From positions 7,170-71,169 of IMG/VR virus record IMGVR_UViG_3300003465_000004: a DNA stretch of 64,000 nt. One strand, 5' to 3'. Each line of letters begins with the position of its first letter. Position 1 is the stretch's first letter. Under the pieces are notes generated by a model that worked only from the letters and a program-made list of their open reading frames with translations, was not told the origin of the DNA and ran no database searches. The DNA comes from a virus (lineage: Duplodnaviria; Caudoviricetes). A program made the translations under genes and the position numbers. This document shows positions 57,261-64,000 of the stretch, one piece after another.

Positions 57261-57920
57261 ATGCGACATTTTCTTCTTACTCTTGTCCTGCTACTCTGGA
57301 CGGTCACGGCTTCCGCGCAAGTTCTCGTTTACAACCCGACACGTGTTCGGTTTGAACATGCAGATTTTGCGACAACCCAATACTATACCGTAAGCGTCAT
57401 TATCGACGGAGATACGCTCCCCTTCTCCATGGCGCAAATCCCACGCGACCAAGTCACTGACGTAGGAAATGGGTCGTATGACATTCCCTTCGCCCGTTTA
57501 CCGAAACTCCCGGCCGGGAAGTCCTATCGCTTACAAATTACTGCCACCAACGCCAGCGGGACCGGTCCGACAAGTAACGTCACTCCGGAAGCTGCACGCT
57601 TTTCAACATGTGTCACTTCGACGGGAAGCATTTCCCCAATGCGTATTACCGTCAATCCGCTTCCAACGCTACTCCCGCGCACATTAGCGGTCATTTCTAT
57701 CACTATTCAGAGTCCCAACCCCGTTCACAACGTAGTGGTAGACTTCATCGGTGACGGATTACCTGCTTGGTCGTTCTACGCTCCTAATGACTTGCGCACC
57801 ACACAATCCTATACGATAGGACCGTTACCACGTGTCGGAACATACCTAATAAGCATATCCGCATCAGACGAACAGGGGTGTCAAACCACAGCCGGAGACG
57901 TATTTGCAACCGTGAGGTAA
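57261..57920 (+). CDS. Exported beta-sandwich (FN3/Ig-like) protein
   Basis: Signal peptide MRHFLLTLVLLLWTVTASA-Q; Y..QITATNASG.GP.SN; promoter TTGACT-17 bp-TATACA at 57225-57253. Confidence 0.6.
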   Translation: MRHFLLTLVLLLWTVTASAQVLVYNPTRVRFEHADFATTQYYTVSVIIDGDTLPFSMAQIPRDQVTDVGNGSYDIPFARLPKLPAGKSYRLQITATNASGTGPTSNVTPEAARFSTCVTSTGSISPMRITVNPLPTLLPRTLAVISITIQSPNPVHNVVVDFIGDGLPAWSFYAPNDLRTTQSYTIGPLPRVGTYLISISASDEQGCQTTAGDVFATVR

Positions 57921-57921
57921 C

Positions 57922-58368
57922 ATGTGGAAAGGAATCGTGTCGGTATGGAACACAGTCCTTGAATTCCTTGGAATCAAAAAACGAAGTGCTGTCCGAATAG
58001 CATGGTGGGTCAACAACAATCAATTACCGGAGACAACAACTATGATTCTTATCACCAACGACCAGCGCGTCACGCTACGTATTCAGCCGCTTGACCGCTA
58101 CGGAAATCCTGCGCGCATTGATGGGGTTCCCGTCTGGACGCAATCAGACGCGACATTGGGCACACTAGAACCCTCAGCGGACGGGCTGACATGCACGTTC
58201 ACGTCACTGGGTCCGCTAGGAACCACGCAGGTCAACGTAGCCGTGGACGCAGCTATCGGTCCTGAAGTCCGCACACTCTTTGGTGTGCTCGACGTGCAGA
58301 TTGAAAGCGGCGAAGCAGTCAGCGTCGGCATCATCGCGGGAACGCCTGAACAGAAACCACTCGCGTAA
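57922..58368 (+). CDS. Small Ig-like domain protein
   Basis: LRIQPLD.YGNP..IDG.P.W.QSD..LG.L.PS.DGL; amphipathic N-terminus. Confidence 0.55.
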   Translation: MWKGIVSVWNTVLEFLGIKKRSAVRIAWWVNNNQLPETTTMILITNDQRVTLRIQPLDRYGNPARIDGVPVWTQSDATLGTLEPSADGLTCTFTSLGPLGTTQVNVAVDAAIGPEVRTLFGVLDVQIESGEAVSVGIIAGTPEQKPLA

Positions 58369-58392
58369 CACTACCACTTCGCGGGTTCTTCC

Positions 58393-58424
58393 AAGCCGGG
58401 TCCATTGGGCCCGGCTTTTCTTTT
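58393..58424 (+). terminator. Intrinsic terminator
   Basis: AAGCCGGGTCC-ATT-GGGCCCGGCTT then TTCTTTT. Confidence 0.75.
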
Positions 58425-58460
58425 CCCCCCTAAATACTCACCGAGGCAATCCTTTAATCC

Positions 58461-59015
58461 ATGCAAGATTACACACCAACCGCGCGGTTTGACAACACCA
58501 ATCTCATCTATCAAAACCACTTTAAGTTTTCGATAGAAGCACTGCCGGATGTGACGTTTTTCGTGCAGAACATTAACCATCCGGGCGTGACGGTTCCTAT
58601 TGCCCCGCGCGGAAATCCTTTCACGCGGATTCCAGAAGTTGGCGACCATCTTGCGTTCGGCGCGCTCGACCTCACATTCCTAGTGGATGGAAAGATGCTG
58701 AATTACTACAGCCTCTTCTACTGGCTACAAGGATACGCATTCCCGCAAAGCTTCGAACAGTTGCAGCAATTTGCCGCCCAACGGCGACGGCTTCTATCCA
58801 ATCCCCGTCCTGCACTGCGAGAAATCCAAAAGACCTCTGCCACACTTTACGTGTTGCAGCCCGATACAAACAAGACAATAGCAGAAGTCCAGTATACGGA
58901 CGTGTTTCCAACGTCGCTGGGACAGTTGAGTTTTGACACCACGTCGGATGCTACACCACTGAAAGTCTCTGCGTCATTTGAATACACGTATTTTGATATC
59001 GTGCTGGTGAGGTAG
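58461..59015 (+). CDS. 3: Tail tube terminator gp3
   Basis: FKFSI..LPDV.FF.Q..NHPG, GD.L.F..L...FLVD....NY.....WL.G, F.YTYF; CTAAATA at 58430-58436. Confidence 0.9.
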   Translation: MQDYTPTARFDNTNLIYQNHFKFSIEALPDVTFFVQNINHPGVTVPIAPRGNPFTRIPEVGDHLAFGALDLTFLVDGKMLNYYSLFYWLQGYAFPQSFEQLQQFAAQRRRLLSNPRPALREIQKTSATLYVLQPDTNKTIAEVQYTDVFPTSLGQLSFDTTSDATPLKVSASFEYTYFDIVLVR

Positions 59016-59033
59016 TTAACCGAATCGGTTAGC

Positions 59034-59062
59034 TTGACCCAAGAGAAGATTTCTGCTATACT
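59034..59062 (+). promoter_or_regulatory. sigma70-like promoter for uvsY
   Basis: GC-TTGACC-17 bp-TATACT. Confidence 0.7.
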
Positions 59063-59074
59063 GTCTACAACACA

Positions 59075-59512
59075 ATGGCCACAATTGAAGATTACCAAAA
59101 TCTGTGGGAGCAGGACGCCGCAATTGACGCCTCCCAATTAGACATTGAAGCGTCCCGCGTTCCCTTGCTTCACGCGAAGTGGTGGAAGCATTATTCTACC
59201 GAACGTCTTCGTTACAAGAAATTTCTATTTGAACAACAACGAATTTATAAATACAAATGGGAATGGTATCTCGGAAAAATGGACGACCAAGAACGAACGC
59301 AACTTGGTTGGTTACCGCAACCTTTGAAAATTCTTTCTGCAAATGTCTCTATTTACCTTGACGCTGATAAAGACATTCAAGCAATAAGAATAAAAGTAGG
59401 GTATCAAGAGGAAGTGTTGAAGTTCATAGAAGACGTTTTAAGACAAATCAATTCTAGAGGATACCACATAAAGAATACTATCGACTTTTTACGGTTCAAG
59501 AATGGCGCGTAG
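59075..59512 (+). CDS. uvsY: Recombination mediator UvsY
   Basis: W..DA.ID..QLD.E...VP.LHAKW, KWEWY.GK, YLDAD.D, INSRGYHIKN.IDF.RF..G. Confidence 0.93.
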   Translation: MATIEDYQNLWEQDAAIDASQLDIEASRVPLLHAKWWKHYSTERLRYKKFLFEQQRIYKYKWEWYLGKMDDQERTQLGWLPQPLKILSANVSIYLDADKDIQAIRIKVGYQEEVLKFIEDVLRQINSRGYHIKNTIDFLRFKNGA

Positions 59513-60020
59513 GGCCCCAAATTTAACAGGACAACGTTTCGGTAAACTTATTGTAGTTGAACGTGCAGGGAACTTTCTCTACGGAACAAAAGTTAAAAAC
59601 TCACGTTGGCGTTGTATCTGTGATTGTAGTAATGAATGTTTCGTTAACGGAGCGTCATTGCGCCGCGGCAAAACAAAAAGCTGTGGGTGTTTGCGCAAAG
59701 AATTAGGGCTCCGGAGCCGAGCTAACAACGGCGGCAGGCACTATGCATGGAAGGGTGGAAAATACACCAACAAACAAGGATATGTGCTGTGTTACGTCGA
59801 TGTTGGAAAATATCGATTTGAACATGTCATCATTATGGAACGCAAACTAAAGCGGTCTCTATTCCCCGATGAAACCGTGCACCACAAAAATGGAATCCGA
59901 AACGATAATACCGAAGACAACTTAGAACTGCGTGTAAAAGCGAAACATCCCAAAGGAGCAAGTGTTCCTGACCTACTCAACTGGGCCGACGAGATTATAA
60001 AGAGATACCGCACACAATGA
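59502..60020 (+). CDS. HNH homing endonuclease (family A, copy 4)
   Basis: NLTGQRFGKL..WRCICDC..KSCGC..WKGG..ETVHHKNGIRNDN..NLEL. Confidence 0.88.
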   Translation: MARRAPNLTGQRFGKLIVVERAGNFLYGTKVKNSRWRCICDCSNECFVNGASLRRGKTKSCGCLRKELGLRSRANNGGRHYAWKGGKYTNKQGYVLCYVDVGKYRFEHVIIMERKLKRSLFPDETVHHKNGIRNDNTEDNLELRVKAKHPKGASVPDLLNWADEIIKRYRTQ

Positions 60021-60124
60021 CAGAACACGAACACGAATCGTTCTGGTGGTTCCTGCTGAAAATCCTAGCAATTTACGTGGTTTTCATCCTTATGCTGGTG
60101 CGCTACATCCACCAAAACTCCTAA
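60017..60124 (+). CDS. Small membrane peptide (35 aa)
   Basis: MTEHEHESFWWFLLKILAIYVVFILMLVRYIHQNS; ATGA overlap with the HNH stop. Confidence 0.5.
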   Translation: MTEHEHESFWWFLLKILAIYVVFILMLVRYIHQNS

Positions 60125-60163
60125 ATCATTGAAAATCAAGCACTTACGGGACTTATTTTTCGC

Positions 60164-60192
60164 TTGACAAATGGCTGCATCTATGAGATAAT
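60164..60192 (+). promoter_or_regulatory. Early sigma70-like promoter
   Basis: TTTTTCGC-TTGACA-17 bp-GATAAT. Confidence 0.75.
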
Positions 60193-60198
60193 GTTGCC

Positions 60199-60516
60199 AT
60201 GATGACGGCTCGCGACAACAATTCGTTCAGCGTTGCAATGCACCACCGCATTCGCGTGGCGCGTCAAGGCAAAGCGTTTCAGGACGCACTGGCGCATGCA
60301 CAGACCGTTGCCACTGCGTATACAATGTCTGGAATCACCAGCGAACGCCTGCGTGAACTTGGCGGATGGACGAAGATTATCACAGACGCATTCAACGAGT
60401 GGGCGGGTGACGCAGTGGAACCGGGCCCGTTCGGACAGCCGATTCCCGTTCGTTCGCTGCTGACTCCTGCGGACATCGCTGACGTTCGAAACTGGGCTAT
60501 CAGGATGGGACGCTAA
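60199..60516 (+). CDS. Hypothetical early protein
   Basis: 105 aa directly after the early promoter. Confidence 0.65.
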   Translation: MMTARDNNSFSVAMHHRIRVARQGKAFQDALAHAQTVATAYTMSGITSERLRELGGWTKIITDAFNEWAGDAVEPGPFGQPIPVRSLLTPADIADVRNWAIRMGR

Positions 60517-60567
60517 TGGAACGATACGAACGCGTCCGGTTCACCGTTTACGACAAGACTCAAACCG

Positions 60568-61152
60568 TCATGCTTCGCATCGTCGGAGAGTCGGACAAGC
60601 TTCTGAACATCCAATAAAGTTGTAGCGTTTTTGAATCTCGGCCGCCCAGGCGAGAAGGTCGGACACACGCTGTCCTTTGGGATGATTGGAAGCCCATAAC
60701 TCAAGATTATCCGGGCGATTGTCTGACCGAATACCGTTTTTGTGATGAACCGTTTCATCCGGGTACAGCGCACGATTAAGTTGATGAGACATCAAAGCAA
60801 CATGTTCAAGAACCGTGCTACCGTCAAAGATTGCGCGGGGATACAACTCCAAAGCATACGTGCGGGACAACTGCACGTATCCCCCGTTATTCAGTCGTCT
60901 TCCACCCTTCCAGTTGGGATTTTTGGAGCCAGTCTGTTGTCCAAACTGTGCGGATTTCTGGTCCCGCCGAAAACACCCACAACTTTGAATGTGTCCTTTG
61001 CGAAGGTGGCATCCCGAAGCGACGTGCGTATTACCACATTCACAAACGCAGTTCCACATAATCGCGCCGTGAGACTTACCGGCTACGTCGATGACGCGCA
61101 AGCGTCCGAAATGTTGTCCTGTCAGGTCCTTAAACTGATTTCCGCGTTTCAC
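60568..61152 (-). CDS. HNH homing endonuclease (family A, copy 5)
   Basis: DLTGQHFGRL..WNCVCECG..QSCGC..NWKGG..ETVHHKNGIRSDNRPDNLELW. Confidence 0.88.
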   Translation of the reverse strand: MKRGNQFKDLTGQHFGRLRVIDVAGKSHGAIMWNCVCECGNTHVASGCHLRKGHIQSCGCFRRDQKSAQFGQQTGSKNPNWKGGRRLNNGGYVQLSRTYALELYPRAIFDGSTVLEHVALMSHQLNRALYPDETVHHKNGIRSDNRPDNLELWASNHPKGQRVSDLLAWAAEIQKRYNFIGCSEACPTLRRCEA

Positions 61153-61182
61153 TCAACTATTTAGGATTTTCCATTCATCACT

Positions 61183-62454
61183 ATGTCAAAACCAGTTACT
61201 CTCTACGCAAACGCGTCAGACGGACGCAAAAAAGTCTGGTCGATTTTCATCGAAGACGACAATGTTACCGTGACCGTCGAATGGGGCTACGTCGGCAAGT
61301 CCATGCAGCGGTCGTCCGACCCGTCCAAGGCGACGAAGACGATTTCTGCTGAACAGGTCGCGCTCAACAACACGGAACGTCAGATTCGCAAGAAACGCGA
61401 AGAAGGCTATCTCGCAGACGGCGAAAAGCGAGCCGAACGGGACATCTTCAAGAAGCTGGACAAAAACTTCGTCCCTGCAAAGCCACAGAGCGTCAAGGAT
61501 GACGATAGCGGCGACTTCACGCTATCAGAGATTCGTGCGCTTGAGAAACACGGCAAGCTGTGGATTCAGCGCAAGCGCGACGGACAGCGGCATCTTGTGC
61601 TCTTCACGCGTTCCGGTGACGTGCGCATCTACTCGCGGCGCATGGAAGATATGACGGACAACTTTCCATTGCTGCGCAACGAACTCAAGAACTATGGCTT
61701 CCCGCCCTGCACGATTCTGGACGGCGAAATCATCATCCAGCGTGACGGAGACGACTGTTTCAAGGAAGTCAGCAGCATCACGAAAGCGGACCCGCGCAAG
61801 GGTGCGACGTATGAGAAGAGCGTCTTTGACGAACACTTGCGATTCATGGTGTTCGACATGCTCTACCATGACGAACTCGCGACGTGGAAACTCCCCTATC
61901 GTGAACGGTACAATGCTCTGCGCGAATACCTGACGAACGAAGAATCCGAACCGGTTGTCGTCTATCTCGCGCCGCTGCTGAACATCAGCGCAAAGGGCGC
62001 GGCCGCGCCAAATTGCTTCGACACACTGCGCAAAGAATGCAAAACATGGGGCTGGGAAGGCATCGTGCTCTGGCAGAACGACATGGCGACCGTCGTGCGT
62101 GATGGCGGAAAACCGAAGCGCGTCAACTGCATTAAGTGGAAGCCCGTCAACGAACAGGACTTCATCGCGACAGGGTACGAACTTGGTTCCGGCTCACAGG
62201 CGGACCTTGTTGGAGCGATTTTCCTTGCAGAATACTCTCCTGAAGGTAAGCTTCGCGCCTGTGGAAAGTGCGGAACGGGGTTCGACATGGAAACGCGCAA
62301 ACGTGCGTTGAAATGGAACTATCCGAACGTCGTGGTCAAAATCAAGTTCGACTCACAGGAACCGACTGGTAAGCTGCGGTTCCCGGTATTTCTCGGTCTC
62401 CACGAAGATAAGACTCCGGAAGAGTGCATCGGGAAAGAACTGGAAGAGGAATAA
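61183..62454 (+). CDS. ATP-dependent DNA ligase with a WGR-like N-terminal domain
   Basis: QRKRDG (KxDG), RIYSR, ILDGE, FMVFDML, EGIVL, KWKP, C-terminal OB fold KLRFPVFLGLHEDK. Confidence 0.9.
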   Translation: MSKPVTLYANASDGRKKVWSIFIEDDNVTVTVEWGYVGKSMQRSSDPSKATKTISAEQVALNNTERQIRKKREEGYLADGEKRAERDIFKKLDKNFVPAKPQSVKDDDSGDFTLSEIRALEKHGKLWIQRKRDGQRHLVLFTRSGDVRIYSRRMEDMTDNFPLLRNELKNYGFPPCTILDGEIIIQRDGDDCFKEVSSITKADPRKGATYEKSVFDEHLRFMVFDMLYHDELATWKLPYRERYNALREYLTNEESEPVVVYLAPLLNISAKGAAAPNCFDTLRKECKTWGWEGIVLWQNDMATVVRDGGKPKRVNCIKWKPVNEQDFIATGYELGSGSQADLVGAIFLAEYSPEGKLRACGKCGTGFDMETRKRALKWNYPNVVVKIKFDSQEPTGKLRFPVFLGLHEDKTPEECIGKELEEE

Positions 62455-62964
62455 ATGGCAGCAGACTTGCATCTTCACATTCGGACTTCCGAAGTCACAG
62501 ACGAACTCATCGCAGACTTCTTCGGCCACTGCCTTGGGTCAAAGTTTTTCGACATTGACCGGCAGGAAACGCTGCCGACACTGGACGATATCAAACGTCA
62601 TCCGAACTGGAAATGGCTCGAAAAAGACTTTGATGAAAACGGGAACATTCGTCCCGGTGCGTATGTCCCGGGCTTGGCACACATCGTTATCTCCGACACT
62701 CCAAATATCTGGGTCGGTGAAGTATCGTGGCTCAAAGCAGCACTATTTGAAGACCCCAATTCGTTCATTCCTGACCCAATCGGCGCCGTCCGTGAGATTT
62801 TTGAAGACGACGAAGGAACAGAGATTACGGACGAAATCATTCAGAAGGTACAAGACGCATTAGTGCGCCCAAATCAAACAGGATACAGCATTTCAGAAGC
62901 GAATCCTGTTATTGAATTCCTCAAGAAATACAAAGGAGAACGGGCGTTTACCATCTCATGGTAA
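62455..62964 (+). CDS. Hypothetical protein
   Basis: TAA-ATG coupling to the ligase; 169 aa. Confidence 0.7.
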   Translation: MAADLHLHIRTSEVTDELIADFFGHCLGSKFFDIDRQETLPTLDDIKRHPNWKWLEKDFDENGNIRPGAYVPGLAHIVISDTPNIWVGEVSWLKAALFEDPNSFIPDPIGAVREIFEDDEGTEITDEIIQKVQDALVRPNQTGYSISEANPVIEFLKKYKGERAFTISW

Positions 62965-63028
62965 CATGGGGAGACACTTGCCGCGAAAGCAAACGTTTCG
63001 ATACGGTAATCCCACTAAATAAGGAGGC

Positions 63029-63634
63029 ATGAAAAGCTTCCAAGAATTCCTAGCAGAACTCTCATTTGCTGACCTCAGACCACGGACAGGGGAATGGAAA
63101 TCCGTTCCTCTGCATGTGCTTCAAAAGGCCCAACGCGAACCTGCACCGAACATTGATACCGAATTGTTTGACCTGCTAGACAAGTCCTATTCTTATATCG
63201 GTGGTCACGTCGATTTCCGCAAGCCCTCAGATATCCCCGCAAATCACACCATTTGGTACGCAGTAGACGTGGACGGCGACAAAGCACCAGATGCCGTCAA
63301 GTTCGGGAAGAAGACTCCCTACGGACTCAAGTGGACGGGTGGAGCAACAGACGGCTCTCCGGAAGCCAAGCAGAAATACATTCAGAACACGGTCGACGCA
63401 CTGAAGACGCCCGGCAACTATTGTGAGATGTCGGACGCTATCATGCACATCATGATTACACGCTATCAAGTGCCATGCGTGGACGACGAAGCCGAAGTCC
63501 GAAAGATTATCGGCAAACCACTCCGCTGGATTGGTGCGCATCCGCAAGGCAAGTATCCGGGCTACAACGGATTCTATGAACGCGAACTTGGCGGCGAGAA
63601 GCATGTCAAGATTCTGCTAGGGGAACCGCGATGA
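63029..63634 (+). CDS. Probable internal head protein with a capsid-targeting-like N-terminus
   Basis: MKSFQEFLAE resembles the T4 IP targeting sequence MKTYQEFIAE; CTAAATA at 63015-63021 and GGAGG SD. Confidence 0.65.
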   Translation: MKSFQEFLAELSFADLRPRTGEWKSVPLHVLQKAQREPAPNIDTELFDLLDKSYSYIGGHVDFRKPSDIPANHTIWYAVDVDGDKAPDAVKFGKKTPYGLKWTGGATDGSPEAKQKYIQNTVDALKTPGNYCEMSDAIMHIMITRYQVPCVDDEAEVRKIIGKPLRWIGAHPQGKYPGYNGFYERELGGEKHVKILLGEPR

Positions 63635-63960
63635 AATCCTTCAGCAGCTTTCTTACAGAATCAATACATCCAAATCTTATTGAGTACCTCACGCGTGAGG
63701 TATATAAGAAGAAAAATCTCACTCGCGCTTTGAATTATGTATACAAGAAATTCAACGGCAGTCGCAATATGTTTCTCGGTGGCGAGGTGTCCTTCACAGT
63801 TGAAGAATTGAAGGATGCGTTTTATCGCGATAAAGCACAGACGGCAAAGTCAGCCATGAAACGGTATTTACCGGGGAAAGAACACATGGCCATTGAAAGT
63901 GTTGCAGCACAGTTTTTCTTAGACATCAACACACTGAAGCGTTACGTAGAGTCTCTATGA
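63631..63960 (+). CDS. Probable internal head protein
   Basis: MKSFSSFLTE N-terminus; ATGA overlap. Confidence 0.6.
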   Translation: MKSFSSFLTESIHPNLIEYLTREVYKKKNLTRALNYVYKKFNGSRNMFLGGEVSFTVEELKDAFYRDKAQTAKSAMKRYLPGKEHMAIESVAAQFFLDINTLKRYVESL

Positions 63961-64000
63961 AATCCTTCAAGCAATACCTCAACGAATCGTTTGTTCGTCC
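63957..64000 (+). CDS. Partial gene, probable internal head protein
   Basis: MKSFKQYLNE...; truncated by the window edge. Confidence 0.55.
   Translation, partial: MKSFKQYLNESFVR

Overview
This window is a 64-kb segment of a T4-like (Tevenvirinae/cyanophage-type gene order) myovirus genome from an unidentified host. It holds the end of the replication module (exonuclease, gp33, gp59, gp32), a short early-gene cassette, and almost all of the morphogenesis module: gp26/gp51, tape-measure-like protein, gp54, gp2, gp4, gp48, gp53, hub, a split gp5, gp25, gp6, gp7, a 2272-aa structural protein, fibres, gp13-gp23 and gp3. UvsY, a DNA ligase and probable internal head proteins follow. Ten intact and two decayed homing-endonuclease-like genes are scattered through it. 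Late genes are preceded by a CTAAATA motif and early genes by sigma70-like promoters. The most notable features are: (1) a late-expressed cluster with a protein carrying about 28 His-x-Asp repeats, a radical SAM/SPASM enzyme, a methyltransferase fusion and two putative metalloenzymes sharing a 13-aa leader; (2) a circularly permuted two-piece tmRNA gene; (3) a large terminase fractured by an atypically split intein with a GIY-YIG gene between the halves; (4) a slippery site plus hairpin that would fuse gp26 to gp51 by -1 frameshifting; (5) gp67-like core proteins extended into apparent protease-cleavable polyproteins. Gene names come from recognising protein motifs and synteny by eye. No database search was run.
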